A stretch of 64,000 nucleotides of DNA, taken from Lama guanicoe (lineage: Eukaryota). Made by a program: the position numbers and the translations under genes. The notes under the pieces were generated by a model. It did no database searches. It was given only the letters and a program-made list of their open reading frames with translations, and was not told the DNA's origin. The stretch spans positions 1,550,001-1,614,000 of the forward strand of contig MU053304.1 in the NCBI GenBank assembly GCA_013239625.1, read 5' to 3'. Shown here piece after piece: positions 37,576-50,591 of the stretch; within the stretch, counting starts at the first letter, position 1; every line of letters begins with the position of its first letter.

Positions 37576-37653
37576 ATCATTAATTATTAATTTAATAAAG
37601 ATATACTCTGCTTACAGATTACAGGAAATTATCTCCATGCAAAGTATGAATTT

Positions 37654-38030
37654 TGTTATGGGCTGAACTGTGCCCTCCTTACCTCCCCTAGACTCTCATG
37701 TTTGAGCCCTAAACCCCAGTTACCTTTGAGTGGGTCTGTACTGGGAGATGGGCCTTTAAAGTGATAATTAGGTTAAATTAGGTCATATGGACGGGCTCTA
37801 ATCCAACCTGACTGGTATTCTTACAAGACGAGGAAATCTGGACACACAGACACCCGGGAGGTGCAGGCACACAGAGGAAAGCCCACATGAGGATGCAGCG
37901 AGGTGGCCATCTGCCAGCCAGGGAGAGAGGCCTTAGAAGAAACCAGCCCTGCCAGTGCCTTGATCTTGACTAGCCTCCAGAATTTCGAGAACATACACTT
38001 CTGTTCTTTAAGTCATGCAGTCTAATGTGA
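37654..38030 (+). mobile_element. MaLR LTR (MLT1B-like)
   Basis: tgttatgggctgaactgtgccc...gccttgatcttgactagcctccagaa. Confidence 0.8.
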
Positions 38031-38034
38031 TTTA

Positions 38035-38225
38035 TTCCTTTTTTTTTATTATTATTAAAATATAGTCAATGAATAATGTGTTAATTTCTGGTGGACCACA
38101 CAGTGATTCAGTTATATACATATTCCTTTTCATATGCTTTTTCATTATAGGTTATTACAAGGTACTGAATATATCTCCCTGTGCTATACAGTAGGATCTT
38201 GTTGTTTATCTGTTATATATATAGT
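38035..38225 (-). mobile_element. L1 3' end
   Basis: Poly(T) then cagtgattcagttatataca...ccctgtgctatacagtaggatcttgttgtttatct. Confidence 0.85.
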
Positions 38226-38399
38226 AATATACATAATATATATTCCTTTAGTGCTACTTATAACCACTCAGAGTATGAAAATATTAGTAAGTTCTAAAAT
38301 TTACTCCTGTGCTCTTATATAAATTTAGAGTCATGAAAATATAGTTTGAGCACAGGGATTTTGTATTCATTATTTTAAACAATATTACTTTATCAGAAA

Positions 38400-40440
38400 A
38401 TGTATCTTTATTCATTTATTTTAACAAACATACACTAAGTGCCTACCATGCCCCTGATCTTGGGAACAGAATGACGAATAAGACATGGTCCCTGAGCTTG
38501 AAAAAATACTTTAAAATTATCAGTCTGGTAGTGTGATTTTAATCTTGGTGTAAGATATTCCCCCTCTGGAATAAACTATTGATCAGAAACCTAATTCTGT
38601 TAGAAGCAGAGTTATAGCTTAGAAGGACCTGTTTTAGAGTTTACCTTGTCCCACTCTCTCAGAGTTTGCTCAGATAAATCATACAACAAATATTTACTGA
38701 GCTACGTAGCAGGCATTGTTCCACATGAGTGCCAAAGACCCACCAGTAAGCAAAGCAAAGTCTCCACCATAACGGAGCTTACATTCTAGTGATGGAGACA
38801 GACAAGAAATAAACAAGGAACAGAGTAGATCATGTGGTGATAGTCATAGGAGATACGATATTCCGAGGTAAAGGGAGAGTGGTGATTTTCTACACAAAGG
38901 TCAGGGAAACACTTTCTAATAAGGTGGTTTTAGCGGAAAAATTAATGAAGAGCAAATCATAGGAATATCTGAGAAAATACATTCTTCTTTTTTTTTCTTT
39001 AGTATATTCTCAGCAAGGGGAAAAGAAAGTGCAAAGGCCCTGAGGTAGGAGCATGCTTGGTTTATGCATAAAACACCAGGAAGGTCAGTGTGCCTGAAGC
39101 AGAGTAGGAAGGAGGGGAGAGGGGCTGAAGATCACTGCAAGCTTGGGTTTTTACCCTACATGAGACAGGAAGCCACTGGAGGATTTGAAGCAGAGAATTA
39201 AAGTGACCTGCTGTATATTTTGAAAGGCTGATTCTGACTGCTGTGCTGAGAGCAAAGTCTACCGGGGAGAGGGTGGGAGGAGTGAGACCAGTCAGAAGGC
39301 TAGTTCAATGATCTAGGAGAGAGGTTGTTATTGGTGGACCAGAGTTGGAGGTGGTGAGAAGCATTCATTTATTAGTTATCTATTGCTGCATAACAAATTA
39401 TCCCCAAATTTACTGGCTTAAAATGACAAGCATTTATTATCTCACAGTTCTGAGGTTCAGGTATCTGGGAGTGGCTTTTAGCCGGGCGGTTCTCACTCAG
39501 GGCCAGTGTCTCATGATGTTACAGTCAAGACATCACCTGAGTCTACATCATCTGAGGCCTTGACCCAGGCTATAGGATTCACTTCTGAGAAAGCTCACGT
39601 GCATGGCTGTTGGCTGGAGGCCTCAGTTCCTCACCACGTGGCAGCTGGCTTCCCCCAGAGCAAGTGATGAAAGAGAGAGAGAAAGAGGAAAAGGAAGAAA
39701 AGACAGGCGTTGCAGTGTTATTTATAACTTAATCTCAAAAGGGGCACGCCATCACTTCTGCCAAGTTCTTTTGGTCCCACAGACTGACCCGGGTACAGTG
39801 TGGGAGGGGATCACAGCAGACTGAATGCTGGGAGGTGGGCATCTTTGGGAATCATCTCGGAGGCTGCCAACCAGAGTTCAGATTCTTGTTTTGTTGTCGG
39901 ATTCGATCTAGCATGTAAGGAAGGGAAAGAAAGGAACCAGGGATAACTTTAGAATTTTTGGCCTTATTTTGGCAGGGGGAGGATCAGGAGCTATTTTTGG
40001 ATGTGCTACCTTTGAAAGCCTATTCAGTACTCAAGTGGAGATGTCAGAGGAGCAACTGGATAAATATCTGAGTGTGGAAGTTCAGGGAGAGGTGCAGGCT
40101 GGAGATGCCAATTTGGGACTTACCCATTTATGGGTGGCATTTGAAGCCAGAGCCTGGATCCGATTCCCCAGGGAGTAGTACAGACTGATGAGAGACAAGA
40201 AGATGAGGCACAGGAGCTGAACCCGGGGCCCCAACAAGTAGATTTGGGGAGATGAGGAGGAACCAGTGAGGACACGGAGAAAAGGCCAGCGAGGTGGAAG
40301 GAGAACCAAGAGCAAGGTGCTCACGGAAGCCAGGGAAGAAAATGTCACCCCTGAACTAGTGCTGCCGAGAGGCCCAGGGAGCAGGAGTCCCAGGTGCGGG
40401 TCCTCTGTCAGGACTGGCACCACAGCCGACCCAGACTTCT
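38400..40440 (+). mobile_element. L2 fragments interrupted by a minus-strand MLT1 LTR (~39368-39875)
   Basis: L2 motifs (gtgcaaaggccctgaggtaggagc; ggaagccactggaggatttgaagcag) and an MLT1 reverse end (tattagttatctattgctgcataacaaattatcccc). Confidence 0.7.
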
Positions 40441-41789
40441 AGAGACGTGCTGCCAGTGTTTAGGATATAAGGGGAAGACCTCCGGATGAAAACACTTTGG
40501 AGGGATCTTAGGAATATAGTAAGGAGAGGGTGGGAAAAAGTATATCCAAACATCATAGACTTAACAACAAACAATGATTAAGAGCTGATTCTGTGCCCCA
40601 CGCTGTTCTAAATACCTTTCACGTGTCAGGTCATTGAATCTCACAGACACCACACAGAGGCAGCATTTGACCCCGCAGATGAGGAGGAAATGGGCTGACA
40701 GAGGGCGTCTACACAGCCAGCCAGGTGGAGGCAGCAGATTCAAACCTGGTCAAGGACCCGTGAGCCCTCTTTGTGCCACAGTGTGGCCCTGGCAGAGGGC
40801 TTTCGGAAGGATCCTGAAGGCTTTCCCAAGAACCAAGAGGGAGGAGGACGATGAACAACATTCTGGCTAGGGATTTTTCCTCTGCCAGGACTCCAGTGCT
40901 GTAGGAAGTCTGAAAAGTGAGACACAGATGCCTTTGAACTTGCCAGGCTGATTTAATTTGGTATCTCCTGGCAGGAACTGCAGCACTCAAAACTGCAATT
41001 TTAAAAGGCTGTTTGGGTGGACTCCTTGACTGAATTCCTCAACTGCTCTCTCCAGGCCGGGGGGAAGCCAGCAGGAAGCAGGGCCTCTGTCAGACTCGTA
41101 AATTCCTGCTTTATTGCCTATTCTTCCAGGATCAGCAAACCCACAAGCGGTCACCCTGAAGGTGATGTCGTCCCACCCCCATCCTCAGTGCTTTATGGGG
41201 GTGGAGGGGTGTTGGAGACACGTAGGGCAAGCAAGAGACAGGTGAGGGCTTGGCCCTTAAGCCTCTAGTCAAAAGACAATCACCTCCCATCTCTCTGGCC
41301 CAAACCCCTATCTCTAGGTTTCTGTCAAAGTCAATCAGAAAATCCCACGGGCTGGCAATGAATATTCAGCACTCCCTAGACATACCGCTCTGGGTTAGGT
41401 CCTATTGGGCTTTGAAAATAGAATGGAGCTATGTTTTATAGAAGCTTACTTTATAGCTATCTGGGCAGGAACCTATCCCACAATTAAGTAAGTGAGACCT
41501 GCCTGGACAGATTTTTATTCCATGAAAAGTGGACAGTCTTTCTTCACCATGGTTCTTTTCAAGCCAATAATGAATTTTAAAAATACTTTCTATGAAATGA
41601 GATGTGTACAATATCACAAATTGAGAGCCATCAATTCAGATGTTTAACTATTTAAGGAAGCCAAACCAAACCAAACCTACTCTCTCTTAAAAAGGCTATA
41701 ATGTTAAATAATAGAAAGTCCTTAAGAACGCTGTTCTATCAAAGTCCACTCAGAGTGTGCCTTTTAAAAATAAGATTTTTTTAGTGGTA

Positions 41790-41961
41790 GGGGGCGTATA
41801 GCTCAAGTGGTAAAAGCACTGGCTTAGCCTGCATGAGGTACTGGGTTCAATCCCCAGTACTTCCTCTAAAAATAAATAAATAAGTAAACCTAATTACCTC
41901 CAAATAAATAAATAAACCTAATTACCTCCCTCCTCTCCCCAAAAAATAATTTTACAAAAAT
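41790..41961 (+). mobile_element. Vic-1-like SINE with a duplicated tail unit
   Basis: Full body; aaacctaattacctcc occurs twice; flanking repeat aaataagatttttt. Confidence 0.88.
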
Positions 41962-43002
41962 AAATAAGATTTTTTTTTTGACTCTCAATGCTTAGGCCTG
42001 GCAATATCAGTAGTTAGCTGTGGGACCCTGGAAAGCCATATCCTTTCTGAATCTCATTTGAGATATGGAGATAATACTATTTCATGAGAATATTGTAACA
42101 ATAAAATGGGAATATGTATATGAAAGTGGTTGATATTAATATTAATAACATTGTTAACTACTCCTAATAAAATATGAATCTCTAAAGTGACTTTAGCTTT
42201 AAATTTTTATTATTAAGGAATAATTATTAAAGAATTTAAAGAGAGTCCTTTTAGAGACATACCCTGAAGTCATTTAGGATGAAATGATGTAACAACTGAG
42301 ATTTGCTTCAAAAGAATCAAGGGAAACAGCAGGTTTGTGTAAGTTCTGGCCACATTTTGAGTATTGTTGAAGCTGGGTTATGGGTGCACGGGAGTTTTTT
42401 GAAAAACCATTTTGTCTACATTTTATGCTTGAAATTTTCACAATGAGAAGGAAAAAAGCCAAGGGGAAATTGAAGGGCAATTTCTCATATCAAGTTCAAG
42501 TGCTACTAGATTAAGACTGCTGCTTGGCAACTATATTTCAATAAAAGAAAAAATGAAAATTTTTAAAGAAATTATTGCTGATTAAGCAAACCTTGATATT
42601 AAAAGAAATGGTATAAATTTTAAGTGAATGCCAAAATGCATATGAATTCAAGGATTTGATCATTTATATTTTTAATGATCTTTTAGCTTCTTTTTAATTA
42701 AAGGAAACCCATTTTGATTAGATATTAGGACAAAAAATTATTTACTACACGATTTAAGATTATTAATGAAACCTACAAGCTAACTTGGAAACTTAAATAC
42801 GTCAAGTTTTTTTCCAAAAGAAATCTCAGGTTATGTTGATAATTTTGTTTTTTAAGAACCCAATGTTCTATTTATATCTGTTATATCTAATTAAGCACAT
42901 AATTACATATCAGTATTTCAAATTTGATACTTCTCTGACAAAATCTGTCACTAACTAAAAAGAATTTAACAGCATAAGTATATAATATGCTCCCTTCCTT
43001 AC

Positions 43003-43111
43003 TCTGAAGATGTGAATTCTCTAGGAAGTATTCATGAGTTTCTTTTGCTTCTCCAGGTTTTGTTGATCGATACTCGCTCCTCAGAGAGATCTTCCACCAT
43101 CTAAAAATTAC
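43003..43111 (-). CDS. FBXO36: F-box only protein 36, coding exon 2 (109 nt)
   Basis: Minus strand reads tcacag|GTA ATT TTT AGA TGG TGG...CTT CAG A|gtaagg, translating to VIFRWWKISLRSEYRSTKPGEAKETHEYFLENSHLQ. This is near-identical to human FBXO36 as I recall it. Canonical AG/GT; phase 0 in, phase 1 out. Confidence 0.96.
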
Positions 43112-43359
43112 CTGTGATTGAACAGATAGAAGGTGAGATGAATTAAACAGATTTCAATACCAACAGCTGCGTTTAGACCTGGGATTTTTTTTTTTTTAAA
43201 TCACTGTCATGGCAGGAGCACAAGGCTGTGTGTCCAACATCAGTTATAACTTCACAAACTGAGATCACATCAAATTAGAAGTGAGGTCTGTGCATCACTT
43301 AGAGATTAGGGTCACAAAATCAAAGTGCAGGAAGGTATTTTAAAAATCTATCAAGTCAA

Positions 43360-43695
43360 ACAGACTCACAGACAGAACAAACTTATGGTTACCAGGTGTA
43401 AAGGGGGTGGGAAGGGATACATTGGGAATTCAAAATTTGCACCTCTTGGGGAGTGACAGAAATGTTAATTGTCTTGATTGCAGTGGTGGTTTCATTGGTG
43501 TATACACCTATCAAAATTCATCAAATTGTATATCTGAAATATGTGTCGTTTCCTATACAGGAATCATACCATAATAAATGTGTAAAAAATAAAAAATAAA
43601 AAATAAAAACTTAGTTATGAATCAGGTATCACAATATAAACTTACTAGTTTATAAATAAGTTGGAATAAATTGAATTTGTTTGCTCAGAAAAAAG
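43360..43695 (+). mobile_element. Composite L1-derived insertion with two A tails
   Basis: 18-bp TSD aaaaatctatcaagtcaa (43342-43359, 43696-43713) at a TTTT/AAAAA endonuclease-type site. Confidence 0.85.
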
Positions 43696-44892
43696 AAAAA
43701 TCTATCAAGTCAACTGATGTTTAAATCACCCAGAGCCAAATGGCTGTTTCTCAAATATCTCTGAGAATAGAGATTCTCTACCTTCGGGAAGCAATCCCAA
43801 AGTAATTGCTCAGGTCTCCTCCTCCCTTCCCTGTCTAAAGGGCAGAGCCGTTGAGTGGATACTTTTCTCATGGAGAGTGACAGGCACTTGGACAGGGCCA
43901 GGAAAAGCACCCTTAGGCCTTGATTGATGCATGAAAGTGTCATTACCGAGGACACTTCTTGGTAATGGATCTGCTGGGTGTGCGTCTGACTTGTAGGAGC
44001 CTTTTGGTTTACCGGAAGCAAACCTCGTTTCCATGGTTATGGACCGCACTTCAGTTCTATGTTGATTTCATGGCAGTGTCAATGAGACTCAGTCTACACT
44101 GGGGCTCTGAGGGAAAAGATGGGAAAGGAGACTGACAGTGCTGAGAAACTGGTTGGCCTCCTAGTTCTGGAATCTTCCCTCACTGGCCGTAACATGTAAG
44201 GTTAAAATGATGTTCAGGCAGGTTCCATCCGAAGCAAAACTGTTAAGCAGGTGAAACTTGCTAAGGGGCCTCCCTTTATTTAATTTCTTCTCCCCCATCC
44301 ATGCTCACCCATTACTCCCTGTGGTCTCACAGGTCCTGGCTGCACCTCCTTGGGCCACTGCCCTTGTCTCTACCAGTTCTCTGCCCACTTCTGAAGGCTC
44401 TGCTTGGTGCTGGTCTGGGAAGCCCCATCCCGCCAGCCTTTGAACTGCACAACTTCTGTTTTTCCTCACTCCTTTCCCCTTGCCTGCAGGCCTGGCCTCA
44501 GCCAGCTTTCCTCCCCTTCTAGAACTGCCTCCCCCTGCCCTAACATCTCCCCAGCCACTCCCCACTCCTCGTGTCTGAAAGATGGTCCCTCAGGGAAGAA
44601 GAGTTTTTTTCCGCCATCTTACCTAGCACCCTGCCCAACAGAAAGCAGATCTTCAGTAAATACTTGTTGGATGAATTAAAGGGTGCTTTCCATTTCAATT
44701 TTGTTGCTCATCTCTACAGAAGCTGAGGGGAAAATATATACGTAAGTTACAAAACTCCATAATCTCACAAAATTGTGGTAGCTGATTACTTTCAGAAAAC
44801 CCCTTAGTCTGGCCCTTTTGTTTTTTCTAAACATGAGACTCACTGAAATCATCCTCTTAAGAATCTTTCTTGCCGATCTCCATGGAGTTCAG

Positions 44893-45277
44893 GGTATATC
44901 AGTCTGCTGGGGCTGCCATTAAAAAATAACACAGACTAAGAGGCTTGAACAACAGAAATTTATTTCCTTCTAGTTCTGGGGCCTGGAAGTCCAAGATCAA
45001 GGTGTGGGCCAGTTTGGTGTCTCCTGAGGCATCTCTTCCTGGCTTGCAGGTGCTACCTTCTTGCCGTGTCCTCACATGGCCTTTCCTCTGAGCATGTGCC
45101 TCCCTGGTGTCTCTTCCTCTTCTTACGAGGACCTCAGTCATATTGGATTAGGGCCCCACCCTTATGACCTCATTTAACCTTAATCAGTTCTTGAAAAGCT
45201 CTGTCTACAAATACAGTTAGATTAAGGGCTAAGGTTTCCACATAAGAATCTAAGAGGGGATAAAATTCAATCTATAG
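44893..45277 (-). mobile_element. MaLR LTR (MLT1A-like)
   Basis: agttctggggcctggaagtccaagatcaaggtg...cagtcatattggattagggccccacccttatgacctcatttaaccttaat. Confidence 0.85.
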
Positions 45278-46711
45278 GAAACGGTATCAGGTATTATAGT
45301 AAAAAAGAGCATGCATTTTGGAATGAAGACATACCTTGGCAATTTATTTAATTCCTCTGCACTTCAGTTTTCCTTTTCATTTCCTTCTATTAAGTATCAT
45401 TGAAATTGGTAATAAATATTATAAATATTTCCTTTTTTATTGGATGAAGATGCCAGGGAGTCTGAATCTAATGTGATGTTCTTTAGGCACATAATCTAGA
45501 ACCTTTAGAACTAGCTGGGAAGTCAGAAATAATTTAGTCCACTTCCCGGAACTCATGTAAATGAGGAAAATATTTCAAAGAGGTTAAGTTAAAAATGATA
45601 GGTGTCCTTCCCTCCAACCATACGACCAATGAAAGCCAGACTTGGAGTGAACTCTGACACGAGAAGGACAGACGCCACAGGAAACATGCTTCTGGAAGCT
45701 CAGTGGAGTGTCCCCTCCCTGTCCACCTTGGCACTCTATGGGAATCATCACAGGGGAGTTTCTCTCTGGGGCAAGTGTACTTAAATTATAATGACATAAT
45801 CAGTTACCCCTCTAGCCAGATCAAGCAACCACCAAATAGCGGGTTAAGTGGAAGATTTTGAAATGAATGGAGTTCTAGACAGGGTACCACACCAGTAATA
45901 TTTGGTTACTGAGCTTCCTTCTTACATTGTTTTAAAAAAAGGCAGAGAGACACTTGCACAACCTTACTTGTCAGCCTTATATCTTACCCATCATTCATTT
46001 CATCAATTAAAAATTATTTCTGACATTCCTTCTGCTAATTTGTGAACCCTCTGGTACTGATTTAGAAGGCAATATTTGAAGTGCTTGCCATAATGGCCTC
46101 CGGAGGGAGTATCCTCAGGGCACAAACTCAAGTGACCTTGTACACACAAACATCCTACTGGCTCCTCTGAGGTATTTCAAGTAAATGACTGAGAATGTAA
46201 CACTTGCCTAAGGAACCAGCACTGGCTAGAACCAGAATGCAAGCCTCCCTACTCCTAACTGGTAAACACAGGGTTTGTTTTGAGTCACGAAGTTTTCTTC
46301 ATAGACAACCTTTATGCTGTGACTCATCAGACCATCCCTGTAGAGCGAGACACAGAAATCTGCTGCTCATCACAACTTAGCCTAGTCAAGGTTCTATTAT
46401 TGTACTCATTAAAACAAAAATATATTAGATATTTTCTACCAAGTATTGTCTCTCAAATTAGTAAAGTTTTTTGTTTGTTTGGTTTTTGGTTTTTTTTTTT
46501 AGGCAACAAAACCCAATAATGGTGAAGACAAGGAAAAATGGGAGCCCACTGAGCGGAGTGTAAATTGGCTTGGCAATATCTATTGAAAAGCTTAAAGTCA
46601 TCCATGCCCTTTGACCTGGAAGTCCTACTCCTAAGGAATTTATCAGAGATGTGTGCAACATTTTTTATATGAGTGTTCATCATAGGTTAATTATGGTAAT
46701 AAAAAAATCAG

Positions 46712-46860
46712 GTCGGGAAGAGTATAGTTCAGGTGGCAGAGTGTATGCTTAGCATGCACAAGTTCCTGGGTTCAATCCCCAGTACTGCCTGTAAAAATAA
46801 ATAAATAAATAAACCTAATTACATCCCCCTGCAAAAAAAAAAAAAAAAAGAAAGAAAAAA
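46712..46860 (+). mobile_element. Vic-1-like SINE
   Basis: agtatagttcaggtggcagagtgtatgcttagcatgc...gggttcaatccccagtac plus long A tail. Confidence 0.88.
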
Positions 46861-49232
46861 TATCAGTACTGACATAAGGATATTCAAATAATTAGGGCAC
46901 ATTTAGATGATGGGATACTCTGTGGCTGATTAAATAATTTGTAGAAAGTAATTAATAACATAGATTGACGTTAATCATTTCTTAAAAGGCTCAGAAGTGT
47001 ATACCACTGCTCCAAATATTTAAAGGAAAATATTTACATGTGCAGGGGGAAGGAGCCTCAGCTTGGCAATAAATGCAACTCTCTCACAAGACAGACACAG
47101 CTTGAAGGAAGCTGAGCTAAGATGTATCCCCCAAATATTTGTGAATTGGGTACCAACTATCACGGTATTTGCTTATTTTAAGTCCTAATACATAGAAAGT
47201 CACTGTTACATATGTATCTCTCTTTTGAAAACCTTAAAACCTGTAAATACTATTTTGAACATCTTCTCAACCGTGATTGTTTCGTTAAGGAACAGTCTTG
47301 CCTACAGGAAAAGCCACAGAGGAACTTCCCAGGGGTTTTGTGACTGTTTAGATCTGGCCGGAACATGGGTTTCATCAGTCTCCCAACCACCTGTGAGCAG
47401 TGCGTGACTGCCTTTTTATGGATGAGGAAGCCGACCGCAGAGTAATGAGTTAAATAACTTGCCCAAGCTCCTCTCGCCCAGGCAGAGGCTGACCTAGAAA
47501 GAGTCTGGTTTTCTTTCATCGCCTCATACTCTCCCCAGGAAGGGCAGGCAGGCAGCCTCGTTATAGGATACACACCATTATTTGGTATCTTAATAGAAAT
47601 CATGTGACCCGTGAAAAGTCTTTCAGAATTTTATTTAAATTTAGCGTATTTTATAGAGATCATGTCTCTAGTGAATGTTTTTAATAAACTTGAAAATTGA
47701 GCTTACTTTAAAAAGAGAGGTCTAAGATTCCTCCTTAATCCCCCTGACAACTCTTCTGCACAAATAATTAAGGGAAGACGACGAAGAAGTTGTCACTCAC
47801 CCAGTGGAGGTCCCTAGAGCTTGGTCCTTTTCCCCGCCAGGAGACTCATGAGGCGGTCCCCCAGGGGGAACGGGGCAAAGGCAGGCTCAGGCAGCGTCTC
47901 AGCACCTGAGAGGGTTTGGGACAATACACGCCCCAACCCGAGTCCCCCGGGTCAGAGGCTGCTGCTCCCATCACTTCACCAGCTGAAAAACCCTGCTGCT
48001 GGGACAAAAGTGGAGACTCCGATGTTAGAAGGGTCTGAGTTTAAATCCTGGTTTCTGTCATTTACTTTGGGCAAATGCCTTAATCTCTTTTAACCTCAGT
48101 TTCTTCATCTCCAAAATGGAAATAACCACAGAGCCCACCTTACTGAATTGTGGAGGGAGGGAATTTTGGAGGGATGAATCCAGAGTGCCCAGCTAGATAC
48201 CAGACACGGACGCCAGCACGTGAGCTCCGTTGGGGAGGGTCCTTGCTTCTTCCTTCTCCCTTTCCCTATTGTTCCCATGCTGGTCAGTCCTTCGTGTTTA
48301 TAAAAACACACTCAGCCCCAAATACCTACAGTCAGAACCTTATCTTTGTTTTCATCAGCTGTCTAATAATATTCAATCATACTTCATTCAAGTTCTGCTT
48401 TCTGAATCGTATTCTTTAAAGACTTTTATGTCAGCTTCTCACTGACGTGTATTTGACTTTTCTAATCATCAGTAATCATTAAGAATTGCATATTCTTTGC
48501 TCTAAGTATTTTCTCAACAGCATCATTAAAAAGACTCATCTATCTATCCAGCTAATACAGTTGCTCATGAAGGATTAGGGTGACTTGCCAGATGCCACAT
48601 ACTAAATGGGGCATTCTGAATCTTTCTAAGGATCTGTCCAGGAAAGACGATTGTAATTTAGCGCACGACTGTTTCTGCTTTCTCCTGCAGACTACTGTTA
48701 TTCTATCAGATCAAATATCTCCCTGTTTTGGAAATCATATGTAATTAGGGGATTTTATGAGTGGGGCTGAGATACTGTGTCATGGAGAGTTTATGAAATT
48801 AGATCTTTCATTAGGTGAAGAATTTTTTATCTGAACAGCCTACTGAGAAATAGAAGCAAGAATTCCAAGCACAAACTGTGTGTGATTTTACCTTTTGATA
48901 TTACTCAAAAGCTCACAAAACACTTGCATTCCAAAATGGAGAAGGATGTTCTTAACTGTATGAATCATGAAGATAGTTTATTTTATTTCACTGCATATTT
49001 AAACTATAAACAACTATGATATGCTTTTGGTCCAAATTTACAACACCAAATATGCGTCCCCTTATGTATCTATGTTTGGCTCAATTTCTCTAAAAACAGC
49101 AATATTTAGATTTTCAGCTATTGAAAATTTTCCTCTGGAATAGTAGCAATTTTTCAATATTAGGAATAAAAGCATCATTATTAATTATGAGAAAGATGAG
49201 TCTAAGGCTGAAATGAGAATGGAGTAAACTAA

Positions 49233-49415
49233 ATTTTTTTTTCCTTTTTTTTGTTTTTGTTTTTGTTTTTGTTTTTTTGGGTGGAATTAGGTTTATTTAT
49301 TTACTATTTTTTATTTTTTTAATTTTTTTCACAGAGGTAATGGGGATTGAACTCAGGACCTTGTGCATGTTAAGCACATGCTCTACCACTTGACCACTTG
49401 AGTTATACCCTCCCC
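49233..49415 (-). mobile_element. Vic-1-like SINE
   Basis: ggggattgaactcaggaccttgtgcatg...gagttataccctcccc, with a small accacttg duplication. Confidence 0.87.
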
Positions 49416-49491
49416 TAGTGAACTTAAATGTTCAATAAGGGAGAACTGACTACATTGAAATGTTTTTTCCCTTGAAGAATTCAGAAGTGAA

Positions 49492-49813
49492 AAAAAATGA
49501 TACAAATTTTATTTCAAAACCAGAAATAGACTAAATGACAGAAAACAAACTATGGTTACCAAAGGTGGAGGGGAGGGATAAATTAGGAGTTTGGGATTAA
49601 CAGATACACGTTACTATATACAAAATAGATAAACAACAAGGACCTACTGTATAGCACAGGGAACTATATTCAACATGTTGTAATAAGCTATAATGGAAAA
49701 GAATCTGAAAAATATATACATGTATGTTTATGCATAATTGAATCACTTTGCTGTACACCTGAAACTAACATTGTAAATCAACTACATTTCAATAAAAAAT
49801 GAAATTAAAAAAA
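49492..49813 (+). mobile_element. L1 3' end
   Basis: TSD aagaattcagaa(g/a)tgaa at 49475-49491 and 49814-49830; typical 3' UTR, AATAAA and A tail. Confidence 0.9.
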
Positions 49814-50390
49814 AAGAATTCAGAAATGAAGTTGCCCTCGGAGAGTCAAATTAATGCACCTCAAATGCAGTGAATGTGCTTAGGAATCGGTGGAGACATA
49901 GTTGGTTGCCACCCACTGTTCATTTGCCCACCTGCCCTTCCTGCATGAACCCTGATTTGTCCAGCAGCCTCTCTTTTCCATCACTTGTGTTCAGAGTATA
50001 AACCTTATCTGTAGCTCCATGGGGCAGAACATGATTAGTCTAAGCCGTTTTTGGTAGATTTTCCCCACTACCAGTGTTTATTTGGCAGGGGAATGGGCAT
50101 GTGAAAAATTTTGCCCCAAGTGACACCTGGAGAAGTCTGCAGCAGCTTCTCGGAAAGATTTTATTATATATAAGGAGAAACACAGCCCTTTTTTGGGTAC
50201 TGGCTGTTGTGCTTCAGTGTGATCACTGGAGTAGCAGTAGCCATTTTGTGACTATAAGCAAAGCCAGCCTGAGCTGACAACAGTGTTGCCTGGGGGAGAC
50301 AGAACCAATAGACGGTGGAGAGGAGGAGCTAGAACACTGTCACTGTGCTGGGAACCTCTTCCTTTAAATACGTTTTTATGTGAAGTAATG

Positions 50391-50590
50391 CCATATTTCA
50401 TCAGATCTAATAGACCATCCATTGAATGTCACAGCATTATTTTATGTGCCATATAGAAAGAAATAACACTGTCAAGGAAACTGAAACACAGTGGGTTTTT
50501 TTTTTAATCACCTATTTTATAACTATTGAAAGAGCTCTTTTATTCTTCACTAGACATGTATTTTATTATGTTACTTTTAGCAATTATATT
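50391..50590. mobile_element. TcMar-Tc2 (Kanga-like) DNA transposon end
   Basis: ccatatttcatcagatctaa...cattattttatgtgcca resembles a Tc2 TIR (CCGTATTTCATCGAATCTAAG); from memory. Confidence 0.5.
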
Positions 50591-50591
50591 A

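Larger units (their letters stand above)
11071..43111 (-). other. FBXO36: FBXO36 gene body, coding exons 2-4 (5'-partial; intron 1 continues past the window end)
   Basis: Three phase-compatible exons (109+173+189 nt) splice into one open frame. No exon-1 peptide (MASWLPETLFE-like) or promoter CpG island was seen up to 64000. Confidence 0.9.
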
